48,729 bases of DNA from an uncultured Candidatus Saccharibacteria bacterium (GTDB lineage: Bacteria > Patescibacteriota > Minisyncoccia > Sungbacterales > HO2-52-23). A program made the translations under genes and the position numbers. This document shows, one piece after another, positions 23,024 to 32,531 of the stretch (within the stretch, counting starts at the first letter, position 1; the number at the start of each line of letters is the position of its first letter). The notes under the pieces were generated by a model. It did no database searches. It was not told the DNA's origin and saw only the letters and a program-made list of their open reading frames with translations. The stretch is taken from assembly GCA_964371935.1 (NCBI GenBank), contig CAYJOT010000001.1, positions 1 through 48,729 on the forward strand, in the 5' to 3' direction.

Positions 23024-23386
23024 TTACTGTATCCTGTTCAGCCACCCCAAAAGCCACTTCCAGAATCCCTGCCCGGTCTGCTCCACCTGTTTTTGCATAT
23101 CGCCTGCCTTTTGGGTGAGCACCACCACGACCTGTTCCCCGGGAAGCTTCAGATTAAGCCGTTCGCGCGCCTGCTGCTCGATCGCTCCCGGAGTCTGCAA
23201 ATGCTCGAGATATGCTTCAAGCTCGCGCTTCCTTTGCGTCAGGTGCTCAATCTTCCGTTGATTTGCCATTGACTCGCGATACAACGCAAGGGCCTGTTTA
23301 GCCAGGTACAACGAAGCATAGGCAACGGCAATCGCGACAATGAGCAAAAAAATATGGAACAGGAGCGAATTTTTAATCCATTTCAT
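23024..23386 (-). CDS. FtsB/DivIC-like septum formation initiator
   Basis: It has one N-terminal TM helix followed by a coiled coil (RKIEHLTQRKRELEAYLEHLQTPGAIEQQARERLNL). The start was set at the ATG at 23386. Confidence 0.75.
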   Translation of the reverse strand: MKWIKNSLLFHIFLLIVAIAVAYASLYLAKQALALYRESMANQRKIEHLTQRKRELEAYLEHLQTPGAIEQQARERLNLKLPGEQVVVVLTQKAGDMQKQVEQTGQGFWKWLLGWLNRIQ

Positions 23387-23489
23387 AACGACATCATACC
23401 AAAAAATAATACCAAAAACAATAATTGACAAAAGCGCAAAAAATATGCTACCTTGGTTAGCAGTACCGATTTTTCTACCGTATCAAATT

Positions 23490-23591
23490 ATGTTTCGTAA
23501 TCGCAAAAAACTTAATATCATCTGGATCGGGATCTCGGTCTTGGCCGTCTTGGCCATGGTCGCCTCGCTCTTTGTGCCGTTTCTGCTCTAG
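23490..23591 (+). CDS. Possible 33-aa single-TM small protein
   Basis: The peptide is MFRNRKKLNIIWIGISVLAVLAMVASLFVPFLL. TTGACA at 23425-23430 lies upstream. The ORF converges on the lepA stop. Support is weak. Confidence 0.3.
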   Translation: MFRNRKKLNIIWIGISVLAVLAMVASLFVPFLL

Positions 23592-25420
23592 CGCTTCATC
23601 ATCTTGAGAAAGACATCGGATGAGATTTCCACAACCGTCCGGGCTTTCAGGCGTTTTTTGCCGGCCCGCTGCTTTTTCCACAGCTTCATTTTGCGCGTGC
23701 GGTCTCCGCCATAGAGATAGCCGGTCACGTCTTTGCGCATGGCCGAGATTGTTTCGCGCGCAAGCACGCGCCCCTCAACCTGCGCCTGCAGTGCTACGGC
23801 GAAAAGCTCCCGGGGCAAAAGCTCTTTCAATTTTTGTACGCGTGTATGCCCGAGCATATATGCGTGTTGGGTTGGCACGATCTCCGAGAAAGCCGCTACC
23901 TTTTCCTCGGCAACCAGAATATCCAGACGTACTACGTCAGCCGGACGGTATGCGCCCAGCGTATACGAGAACGACGCAAATCCACTTGAGACGCTTTTGA
24001 GCACGTCATAGAAATCCACGATGATTTCCCGGAGCGGCGCGTCAAACCGGACCAGCAGGCGTTCTCCTGCGAGCAGCGACGTATCATGGATCATGCCCGT
24101 TCGTTCGTGAACCAGCGTGGTAAGTGCCCCAAGAAAGCGCGACGGAGCCACGATCTCTCCCCGCACCCACGGCTCCTCAACGCGGCTGATCTCATGGCGA
24201 TCCGGCATCTTCATGGCCGAATAGACAGTAAGATACTCTTCGCTTTCCCGCTGTGTAGATTTCACAATCGGGTACACCCCTCCAGAAACGGGGTAAACAT
24301 GAAATGCCACCGAAGGGTTTGAAAAAACAAGCGAAAGCTCATATTCGCGGCTTAAACGCTCCGACACGATCTCCATATGGAGCATTCCCAAAAAACCTAC
24401 GCGGAATCCGCGGCCGAGAGACGCGAGGCCTGTTTCCGGTTCAAAAGAAAGCGCCGCATCATTGAGCTTGAGCTTTTGCAGAGCGTCGCGCAGCTGTTCG
24501 TATTGGTCCTGATTTTCCGGGAAGATCGAAGCATACACCATGGGCATGGGCTCGCGATACCCGGGAAGCGGTTCAACATACGCATCCCCGCTTTTTACAT
24601 TCGTAATCGTATCCCCCACGCGAACATGTTCCATCTCTTTAACGCCCGTTGCAATATATCCGATCTCGCCCTCGCACAGCTGGGCACGGGCCATGCGCTG
24701 CGGCACAAATGCCCCGACTTCAACGACCTCGGCGCTGGCCCCGCTCGCCAGAAAGCATATTTTTTCACGCGCCTTGATCCGGCCTTCCACAATGCGCACA
24801 TGCGCGATAATGCCTTGATACGGATCATACATCGAGTCAAAAATGAGCGCGCGGAGTCCGGCCGTCGCTGAAGCTATGGCCGGCGAGGGAATTTTTTCAA
24901 CAATCACGCGCAGCAGCACCTCCACGCCCGCTCCGGTCTTTGCGGAAATTTTCAAAATTTCACTGGGTGAGACGCCAAGAAGCTCAACAAGTTCTTGTTC
25001 GACTTTCTCGACATCCGCCGACGGCAGATCAATCTTATTGATAACGGGAATAATGACAAGCTTCTGCTCCAGTGCCAGATGCAGATTCGCAATGGTCTGG
25101 GCCTGTACGCCCTGCGTCGCGTCAACCAGGAGAAGCGCTCCCTCAACTGCGGCAAGCGCACGCGACACTTCATAGGTGAAATCCACGTGCCCGGGAGTAT
25201 CAATCAAATTCAGAATATACTCTCCCCATTCCATCCGCACCGGCTGCATTTTGATCGTAATCCCCTTCTCGCGCTCCAACGGGTGCATATCCAGATACTG
25301 CTCCCGCATTTTTCGCTTCTCGACCGTTCCGGTCAATTCCAAAAACCGATCCGCCAGCGTGGACTTCCCGTGATCAATATGCGCAAGAATGCAGAAATTT
25401 CTGATATGCGAGGTATTCAT
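23588..25420 (-). CDS. lepA: Elongation factor 4 (LepA)
   Basis: The N-terminus is IRNFCILAHIDHGKSTLADRFLE and the sequence is LepA-like over its full length. It forms an ATGA overlap with the murJ stop. Confidence 0.95.
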   Translation of the reverse strand: MNTSHIRNFCILAHIDHGKSTLADRFLELTGTVEKRKMREQYLDMHPLEREKGITIKMQPVRMEWGEYILNLIDTPGHVDFTYEVSRALAAVEGALLLVDATQGVQAQTIANLHLALEQKLVIIPVINKIDLPSADVEKVEQELVELLGVSPSEILKISAKTGAGVEVLLRVIVEKIPSPAIASATAGLRALIFDSMYDPYQGIIAHVRIVEGRIKAREKICFLASGASAEVVEVGAFVPQRMARAQLCEGEIGYIATGVKEMEHVRVGDTITNVKSGDAYVEPLPGYREPMPMVYASIFPENQDQYEQLRDALQKLKLNDAALSFEPETGLASLGRGFRVGFLGMLHMEIVSERLSREYELSLVFSNPSVAFHVYPVSGGVYPIVKSTQRESEEYLTVYSAMKMPDRHEISRVEEPWVRGEIVAPSRFLGALTTLVHERTGMIHDTSLLAGERLLVRFDAPLREIIVDFYDVLKSVSSGFASFSYTLGAYRPADVVRLDILVAEEKVAAFSEIVPTQHAYMLGHTRVQKLKELLPRELFAVALQAQVEGRVLARETISAMRKDVTGYLYGGDRTRKMKLWKKQRAGKKRLKARTVVEISSDVFLKMMKR

Positions 25421-27021
25421 AAAAAATGTTTCCGCATGCTTGATCGCACCATATCCAAATCCTCACTCTTAAAAAGCATAAGCAGGCCCGCATATGCAAG
25501 CAGCCCGACAATACCGGCAAGGAGGCCGTGTGCCAGGACTGGGATGGCCGAGCCGTGCGGTGCAACTTCCGGAAACGATACGCGCACGGCATAGGCGGCA
25601 ATGCCGGCAACAAGAGACGCCGCAACTATTTTCAACATGGGAATGACAGGAGGCCGCTCCCTTGTTCCCCCGGCGTACGTCCGGGTTCCAAACACCCTTG
25701 TCGCGAACCGCACAAGCACGATATATAAAAGAAGAGCGTTTATGGCGAGTCCAAGAGAAAATCCAAGTGCTATGCCAAGCACAGGAGGAGAAATCAACTT
25801 TGTGAATACGAACGCAAGCGCGACGGAAACTACTGATCCGCCCATGTCTACGAGCAGCGGCGCGCGCGTATTCTCAAGCGCATAAAAACTTTTCACTATA
25901 TGAGGCATCAAACTTGCCGCGATAATCGCGATGGCGAGTACGCCCAGACACGCGGCCGTGAGCTGCACGTGCTCCCACGAAAACGCCCGGCTCCCGAGCA
26001 CAACGCGGACGATCTCAATGCGCAAAACAAAAAAAAGTATTGCGGAAGGAACGGCCCAAAAAAGGATTGAGCGTAGCCCTAGAAAAAATTCCTGAAAAAA
26101 GCGCTCCCGGTTGCGCTCAATATACGCGGCACTCAAGCGCGGGAAAAGCGCCACCGAGTAGCTCACGCCAAACACGCCGACCGGAACGAAATACAGGTTC
26201 TGGCTGAACTGAAATACGGAGATGCTTCCGGACGGGAGCAGCGACGCGAGCGCCGTGAGTGCAAGCACGGTGAGCTGGGTGAATGAGAGCGACAAAACCC
26301 GCGGAGCCGAAAGCGCTACGATCTTTTTTAATCCCTGGTCAATCGGACGAACAACGAGACGCGGAGCAAACCCGAGCGATGAGAGCGACGCATATTGTAT
26401 GGCCATATGCAGGCCCGCGCCCAGAACAACGCCGATTGCAAGTCCGGCAACCCCCCACGCAGGCGCGAAAAAGAGAATGCCCGCAATGATGCCGAGATTA
26501 TAAAATATCGGCGCCGCCGCATAGGCGAGAAATCGCTCAAACGACTGGATGACCGCGGAAAAAATACTGGAGAGCCCGAAAAGAACCGGCGAGCAAAGCA
26601 TGATCCGCATGAGTGTCACGGTCAGCGCCTGGTCGGCCGGAGAAAACCCGGGTACGGTCAGACGCACAAGCCACGGGGCGAGCATAAATACAAGCGCGGC
26701 ACCGCCCAGCGCGCCCAATAAAAAGAGCGTGCTGATCTGCGAGATAAGTTGCTGGGCGCGTGCGCGGTCGCGTGCCAGATACTCCTGGAATATCGGCAGG
26801 ATCGCAGCGCTTCCCGCACCCAGCAGAAAGACCACGGACATCAGATCCGGAATTTGGAACGCGGCATAGTAGATATCAAGCTCGCGCCCGGCCCCAAAAT
26901 GCGATGCAAGCAGCCGGTCGCGCACCATGCCCGCCAGACGGCTGAAAAGACCCGCGGCTCCCAGAAGGAAAGCCGCGGCGTGAACGCTTGACATTTCGTG
27001 ATTCAGAAAACGGACGCGCAT
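25417..27021 (-). CDS. murJ: Lipid II flippase MurJ
   Basis: It carries SRLAGMVRDRLLASHFGAGRELDIYYAAFQIPD and is multi-TM throughout. Confidence 0.9.
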   Translation of the reverse strand: MRVRFLNHEMSSVHAAAFLLGAAGLFSRLAGMVRDRLLASHFGAGRELDIYYAAFQIPDLMSVVFLLGAGSAAILPIFQEYLARDRARAQQLISQISTLFLLGALGGAALVFMLAPWLVRLTVPGFSPADQALTVTLMRIMLCSPVLFGLSSIFSAVIQSFERFLAYAAAPIFYNLGIIAGILFFAPAWGVAGLAIGVVLGAGLHMAIQYASLSSLGFAPRLVVRPIDQGLKKIVALSAPRVLSLSFTQLTVLALTALASLLPSGSISVFQFSQNLYFVPVGVFGVSYSVALFPRLSAAYIERNRERFFQEFFLGLRSILFWAVPSAILFFVLRIEIVRVVLGSRAFSWEHVQLTAACLGVLAIAIIAASLMPHIVKSFYALENTRAPLLVDMGGSVVSVALAFVFTKLISPPVLGIALGFSLGLAINALLLYIVLVRFATRVFGTRTYAGGTRERPPVIPMLKIVAASLVAGIAAYAVRVSFPEVAPHGSAIPVLAHGLLAGIVGLLAYAGLLMLFKSEDLDMVRSSMRKHFL

Positions 27022-27023
27022 GG

Positions 27024-29654
27024 TTACTTTTTCCCGCGCGTTTTCGAAGCAGGCACGGGTGAAGATTCCTGACCCTCGGCAACGGGCGGCTGACTGCGGG
27101 CTTCCGGCGGCGTTGCTGGCGGGACAATGCTGTCGAGCGCCGGTTTGCCCACGCGCAAATTTTCAAGAATCTGCTTTACTTCCTGATTATCCGGATTGTA
27201 CTTCGTAATCTCTTCAAACTGCGCGATGGCCTTATCCGGGCTGCCTTGCCGCGAATAAATCAGGCCGAGAAAGTACCGCGCGTTTGAGTACTGCTGGTTG
27301 AGCGACACCGCGCGTTCGAATTCGCCGGCCGCCAAGTTAAGATTATTGTTCTGGTAATACAGGAGACCGAGTTGAAACGCCACGCCAGCGTCAAATGGAG
27401 CCGCAAGTTTTGTGTTCTCGGTGCTCTGGATCGCTTTTTGCAAGTTTCCGCTGCGAAGCGCCGCCTGTGCCAGCAGAAAATGGGCGGCTGCGAAATCGGC
27501 CTTAATGCCAATCGCTTCCTGCAGCACTTTTTCGATCTGTTCAAGTATTTCACTGCGCGACTTGGTAAGCTGTGCGATATCAACTCCCTGCTGTGGATTT
27601 TGCTGCTGTTGGTTTAGGGTTAGCTGGATACTGTCCGCAGCTGCAAGCCCGGCGCGCGCAAGATCAACACGGCCTGCGGGATTTCGTGGATCGAGCTCGC
27701 TTTGTTTCTGATAACTGGCAAATGCAAGACGATCCGCACCAGGAATGTACGGAATGATCGTCTCATACAAAGCGCCTTGCGTTTGCCACAGCGCCGGATC
27801 CTCGGGCGAGAGCGCCAATGCCACCTGACTGTTCTGGATTGCCGTCTGCAGCGTTTGCTGGAAATCGTTTTGTACGTTTTTTCCCTGCGATGCCGCCGCA
27901 ACTAAAGTGCGGATTTTTTCCATGCGCAACTGTACCAGCGCCTGATGCACGCGCGCATTCTTGCTCTCATACCCGGCGGCGCGCTCAAACGAGGCGATCG
28001 CAGCGTCAAGATCTCCCTTTGCAACCGCAGCAAGGCCGGATGCCTGGGCAAATGCGCTCCGGATACGCGTGATCTCGTAGTAAAACATGCCAATACTCAA
28101 GGAAAGCATGAGCACGATTGCGAGTGAGAAGGCGAATACCGCCCATGGCTGCTGAAATGCGACCCAGCGTTCCGAGATACCCCAGAGCCGCGAATCTTTT
28201 TTTTCGTGTTGCTCTTTCCAGACTAAGTCTGGAACGCTTTCCAGACTTAGTCTGGAAACGTCAGCCATTGGCATGCTTAAGCCAGTCATTAAAAGCCCAG
28301 CAAAGAAAAAGAGAAGCAAGACAAAGGCGATGTTTGCCGGATACAGCGCCGCAATGCATACCATGCCCACCAATCCGAGAAAAACGCTGGCGAGAAACCC
28401 GGCATCATCCCGGCGCACGGCCTGCCTGCCCGTAGGCACGGCAAGCAGCGAGCGCAATGCTACGATTAAAAATCCCAGGACAAAAAGGAGGAATAATACC
28501 ACCCCGACAATACCGGTCGTACCCGCAAGCGTAGTGATCAACGAATAACCCTGATTGAATTGCGTTCCCCAAAACGGAGTCGCATTGATTGCCGCATCCT
28601 TATAACGCATCCAGTCCCGATCAAAGGTTGCCGGACCCGAACCAAAGAGCGTACGCACCACGCCTTCGCGATACACGGATCGCGCAATGCGCAAGGTAGT
28701 CATGGCCGAGGGCGACACTTCGGCCGGAAGAGATATGTTCCCCACTATGGGCCCGGGCACCATAAGCATAACTAAGGAGAAAGCAAGCACAACCAGCGAG
28801 AGCGCGTACTTCCCACCCTTTGCCAAGGCTATGGGTGGCAAGCTTTCCCTCGCTTTCTTATCCTCGAATTCAGGCGTGTCCCCCATAGCTTTAGCGGAGG
28901 AGGACACCCAAAACATAAATCCTGAAAGGAATAAACTCCCTACAAACAAGATGATCCACGCAGTTCGGAAATGCACCATGAGCAGGTTTGCGCTAAAAAA
29001 GAAAATCGCCGCATACAGCACCCACCGAATCCATGTGCGCAACTGGTGGAATGCCGGAGTCAATATAAAACCCAGAGCCATGATAATGCCAGTCGCATAC
29101 AGGAGTACCGCGCCATTGATCGTGCCAATCACGTTGAAATCATCACCCTGCACAAAAGGCGCTATTGCCCGGAATGCCGAGACACGGAACGCGAGCGAGA
29201 AGAACGTCATGGCCGCCTGCGCCCCCGCAGCCAAAAGAAAAATAATCACCGCGCGCGTCACGTCCTTGCGCGAAACAAACACGCTGGCTGTCACGATCAT
29301 TACCAAAAATCCAGCGAGCAAAGTTGACCATTTTTCAGCCGAGGGATCGTTCAAAAAAGCCGACGCAAACGGCCTTTTTGAAAGTAATGTACTGACCGAT
29401 GCCGCAAGCAGGAAAAGCGCGCCGGCATAGAGTCCGATTGAGCGGACAAACCGGAACCTTCCGGTCAAGAGGCCGGACAAAAGCCACGCGACAAACGCGC
29501 CCAGAATCAGCAGCAGAAACGTCATTTCCCTGCCGAAATCCACATTGATCCGCCACGGCACAAACCACAGCGGCACGGCCCCCGCAAAGATAAACAGAAG
29601 CGTCCGCCCCACACTCGCAAACCTCAAAGGAACCTTTTGGTCTTGTTCGTTCAT
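27024..29654 (-). CDS. Large polytopic membrane protein (O-antigen ligase/Wzy-like) with C-terminal TPR repeats
   Basis: An 876-aa ORF. Roughly the first 530 aa are TM-rich. TPR-like repeats follow (AIASFERAAGYESKNARVH..., AIAQFEEITKYNPDN). It is first in an operon with murJ and lepA. Confidence 0.8.
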   Translation of the reverse strand: MNEQDQKVPLRFASVGRTLLFIFAGAVPLWFVPWRINVDFGREMTFLLLILGAFVAWLLSGLLTGRFRFVRSIGLYAGALFLLAASVSTLLSKRPFASAFLNDPSAEKWSTLLAGFLVMIVTASVFVSRKDVTRAVIIFLLAAGAQAAMTFFSLAFRVSAFRAIAPFVQGDDFNVIGTINGAVLLYATGIIMALGFILTPAFHQLRTWIRWVLYAAIFFFSANLLMVHFRTAWIILFVGSLFLSGFMFWVSSSAKAMGDTPEFEDKKARESLPPIALAKGGKYALSLVVLAFSLVMLMVPGPIVGNISLPAEVSPSAMTTLRIARSVYREGVVRTLFGSGPATFDRDWMRYKDAAINATPFWGTQFNQGYSLITTLAGTTGIVGVVLFLLFVLGFLIVALRSLLAVPTGRQAVRRDDAGFLASVFLGLVGMVCIAALYPANIAFVLLLFFFAGLLMTGLSMPMADVSRLSLESVPDLVWKEQHEKKDSRLWGISERWVAFQQPWAVFAFSLAIVLMLSLSIGMFYYEITRIRSAFAQASGLAAVAKGDLDAAIASFERAAGYESKNARVHQALVQLRMEKIRTLVAAASQGKNVQNDFQQTLQTAIQNSQVALALSPEDPALWQTQGALYETIIPYIPGADRLAFASYQKQSELDPRNPAGRVDLARAGLAAADSIQLTLNQQQQNPQQGVDIAQLTKSRSEILEQIEKVLQEAIGIKADFAAAHFLLAQAALRSGNLQKAIQSTENTKLAAPFDAGVAFQLGLLYYQNNNLNLAAGEFERAVSLNQQYSNARYFLGLIYSRQGSPDKAIAQFEEITKYNPDNQEVKQILENLRVGKPALDSIVPPATPPEARSQPPVAEGQESSPVPASKTRGKK
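28215..28258. repeat. 44-nt double-hairpin element, copy 1, in frame inside the Wzy-TPR gene
   Basis: The sequence is TTTCCAGACTAAGTCTGGAACGCTTTCCAGACTTAGTCTGGAAA. It matches 46193-46236 at 43/44 positions and is translated as VSRLSLESVPDLVWK in an inter-TM loop. Confidence 0.9.
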
Positions 29655-29741
29655 AATATAAAATTAGTTAAAACTCTCCAAATTTTTATAAATATAGCAT
29701 ACTATATCTGCGGCGTAAATACTTTTTTGCAGTCCCTAAAT

Positions 29742-30544
29742 TCACCCCAGAAGTGCAACTTCGGTTTTTTTAATACCTACGAATAAATGATGCTCGACCA
29801 TAACCTCATAGGGCGTCTGATATTTGAGTGATCGTCTTGGTTTGTTGTTGAGTATCATGGTGATGCGCCTAAAATCTTCATCCGTGTATTCTCCGATATC
29901 CGCTCCCTTGTGAATATACCGCCTGATCATCTTGTTTGCGTTCTCCACCTCTCCCTTCTGCCAGGAAGAGTATGGATCGCAGAAGTAGGGGAATACCCAA
30001 CTCTTCATGCTTGGTATTCTCGATTCCATTATCCTCGCTTAAGCTGAGGGCTTTTTTATCATGGAGCATATCAGTTACGGCGCGATTGTGCAAGCAAGGC
30101 TTGAGATTCGGTATTTTTCTGGTCTCAGTATACTTTGCTTTTCGCTCGTAGGCAACCGATCCCGCCACCTTGCTGCCGGTATTTTTCCCAGAAACGATCG
30201 TATCAGATTCCCAATGTCCGTAGCGCGTGCGATTTAATGAGCGTCTTTTTAGTCTTGTTTTTCTTTCTTTTCTTGACGGCATATCTGCCTGAATACAGAT
30301 AGCGGCAGTACTGTACTCCCACTCCGGTGCGCAGCCACTCATAGATGGCGGTCTTTGATGCGTAGCAGGGATCGTCTCTGGTTCCTCCGCGCGTCCTTTT
30401 CTTTTTCCGGTTCCCGCTGATTTCGCGGGAAATGGTTGATTTGTGCACGCCCAGGATATTCGCAATCTCCTGTTGTTCATGATGCCCGTCTCGTAATGCC
30501 TGAATGCGGTCTCGCTGTGCTTGGGTGAGATGCGCATACTTCAT
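29742..30544 (-). mobile_element. Decayed IS30-family transposase gene with at least two frameshifts and a shortened length
   Basis: Three frames carry the parts: the N-terminal HTH (MKYAHLTQAQRDRIQAL...STISREI), the GHWESDTIV...DNGIEN region, and the C-terminal FCDPYSSWQKGEVENANKMIRRY...LNNKPRRSL. Confidence 0.8.
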
Positions 30545-30589
30545 TATGTTTTTTGTTCATCTGCCGATGATACCGGAATCAGTTGCGCT

Positions 30590-31357
30590 TCAGAATGGAA
30601 TTAACGGGTGCCGGATACGGTAAGGTTGGTGAAGGTGCTGGTGGCTGATGAGGTAACTATGATACTGGGAGCAGAGATCGATCCGGTGTTGAGGGTCAGA
30701 TTGCCGGATTGGATGATCGCGCCGTCCTGTACCGTGGGTTAGTGGAGTGCTGCGTTGTAGAGCTTGTCCAATTTTTGGGACAGAACTACAGGGACTATGG
30801 TGTTGGTGCTGGGCTGCGTGCCGATGTTTATGAAGCGCACTTCGGAATTGCCGATGCGATCGCGAAGATCTTGGATGGCTGATTCGAATTCGCGCGGTGC
30901 GCTCCGTCACTTCGCGCACGCGCGTGATCTCGGTGACGTGAGTCAAGGAGGTAACTCCGACACTCCTTTCCGTCAGAGTATTCGGAGTCTCGGTCCGAGT
31001 CCCGATGCCCTCCGGAATCGGGAGAATTGGAGAAAACCATGCTTCTTCCGAAGCGAACGCATTGAGCATCTGTGAGTTCATTTTCTAGCCCGCATGAATC
31101 GCAAACGCTCCTACTGCAAGAGATGTTGTCGCAACTGCAATGAACGCGCCAACAGTAAGTAGCCCGGCAATGAACCGTTTTGTTTAAACTTCGCATGGCC
31201 GTTGTGCTGCGCATACTCATCCAGCCACGCATTTGTGGTAATCCAGTTTCTGCCTATTTTCAGCCCTTGGAGTTTCTTCTTAAAAATCAAAACGTAGGTA
31301 GTCCTTGCTGACTCCGCGCTCTTTGGCGGCTTGGGCAAGAGATAGATAGTGGTCCAT
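30590..31357 (-). pseudogene. Degraded gene: HTH N-terminus, one TM helix and a surface/beta-helix-like region, with multiple frameshifts and stops
   Basis: The fragments lie in different frames: MDHYLSLAQAAKERGVSKDYLRF, LIFKKKLQGLKIGRNWITTNAWLDEY, KRFIAGLLTVGAFIAVATTSLAVGAFAIHAG and ESAIQDLRDRIGNSEVRFINIG...GNLTLNTGSISAPSIIVTSSATSTFTNLTVSG. Confidence 0.55.
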
Positions 31358-31710
31358 TTTGAATATCGTTTATTGAGCTTAGGAATCAATGAAAAACGAT
31401 ACCTGTATATATTAAAATCATGCTTTTAGTATAGCATGCGTATGCTCAAAAATTCGTTCCCGCTTCTGTGCATAACTTACTCTTGACCTTATTGAGCGAA
31501 AGACCGATGCTGAGAGAGTAAGATTGTGGTACAATGATACATACGCATAATTGTATATAAACCTTACTAAGATTTGGACTCTTCCTATTAAGGTTTATGT
31601 AAGTCCTCTCTGATAAGATCAGAAAGACTTAGCCAATAAAATTTCCGTAAAAAATTCATAATATAAGCCGATTTGCCTCTTGACAGCTTTTTGCAAACGA
31701 CAAAAAAACT

Positions 31711-31932
31711 ATGGAAAGCAGATATGTTTCAATTCAGAAAGCGGCGAAGATGCTCGGAGTAAGTCCGCTCACGCTTCGCAATTGGGATAAGAAAGGCACT
31801 TTTGTCGCCTATCGAAACCCACTTAACAACTACCGGGTCTATCGTGCGGACCAGCTCGAGCTTTTCCTGCGTCGAGTCGAAAATTCAAAGAACCGGCGCA
31901 ACGGAAAAAAGATCGATATCTCCGTTGCATAG
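31711..31932 (+). CDS. Small MerR/excisionase-type HTH DNA-binding protein
   Basis: The HTH is VSIQKAAKMLGVSPLTLRNWDKKG. It is followed by the bidirectional terminator at 31984-32023. Confidence 0.7.
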   Translation: MESRYVSIQKAAKMLGVSPLTLRNWDKKGTFVAYRNPLNNYRVYRADQLELFLRRVENSKNRRNGKKIDISVA

Positions 31933-31983
31933 AACGATACCATCGTTTTCTTCTTTTATCTGTGGGATACAAACGATACCATA

Positions 31984-32023
31984 ACAATAATAAAATCCGG
32001 CCTGCGCCGGATTTTATTATTGT
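31984..32023. terminator. Bidirectional intrinsic terminator shared by the HTH gene (+) and rnpB (-)
   Basis: The palindrome is ACAATAATAAAATCCGGC-CTGC-GCCGGATTTTATTATTGT, with a GC core stem, A/T extensions and U-tracts on both strands. Confidence 0.85.
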
Positions 32024-32423
32024 TCCCCTTATCGATAAGCCGAGTTCTGTCTCCGACTAAAATCGGAGGGTGATCATCTCTCTGTACCGCTGATTGCTCA
32101 AGCGGCTCAAGCGGTATCCCCGACAATGCGTTGGGGTCCCTTGCACCGGATAGGTGTTTTTCGTAATACGTTGTTACCAGCGCATCATGTGGGCTCTTAC
32201 CCCATCTCTTTTCACCCTTACTCCGACTTGAGCCGGAGCGGTATGGTCTCTGTGACACTTTCCCGTTCATCCCGACAAAGTCGGGACTATGGCGGCCGTT
32301 AGCCGCTATCGCTTATCTGGTCTCCGGTTTCTAGAATCCAGATTCCGATTTTCCAGATTGGTGCTCGGACTTTCCTCTCCAATCCGCCACGGCGAATCGG
32401 AGCGATCACCTGATAAAGAGAAC
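32022..32423 (-). ncRNA. rnpB: RNase P RNA (bacterial type A-like)
   Basis: The minus strand carries GGAGAGGAAAGTCCGAGCACC (32381-32361), GTAAGGGTGAAAAGAGATGGGGTAAGAGCCCAC and ACAGAACTCGGCTTATCGATAAGG. A 12-bp P1 forms between GUUCUCUUUAUC (5' end) and GAUAAGGGGAAC (3' end). Confidence 0.9.
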
Positions 32424-32430
32424 ATCAGAG

Positions 32431-32459
32431 AGCATACCACATAACTACAAAAAAACAAG
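32431..32459 (-). promoter_or_regulatory. Candidate rnpB promoter
   Basis: The minus strand reads CTTGTT (32459-32454), a 17-nt spacer, then TGgTATGCT (-10 at 32436-32431). The predicted start 7 nt downstream coincides with the P1 5' end. Confidence 0.45.
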
Positions 32460-32464
32460 AAACT

Positions 32465-32510
32465 CATTCTTAACAATTTCCTGACGATCGTCAGAAGTTT
32501 GTTAAGAATG
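32465..32510. repeat. CGATCG-centred palindrome, copy F (class 3)
   Basis: The sequence is CATTCTTAACAATTTCCTGACGATCGTCAGAAGTTTGTTAAGAATG. It lies 22 nt after the rnhA stop and 5 nt upstream of the rnpB -35. Confidence 0.85.
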
Positions 32511-32531
32511 AAAAAACTACTTTTCATGGAG

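Noticed and set aside
29655-30620. Terminal inverted repeats and target duplication of the IS30 copy
   Set aside because: I found no convincing complementary ends by eye on either side of the eroded transposase gene, so the element boundaries are left undefined.
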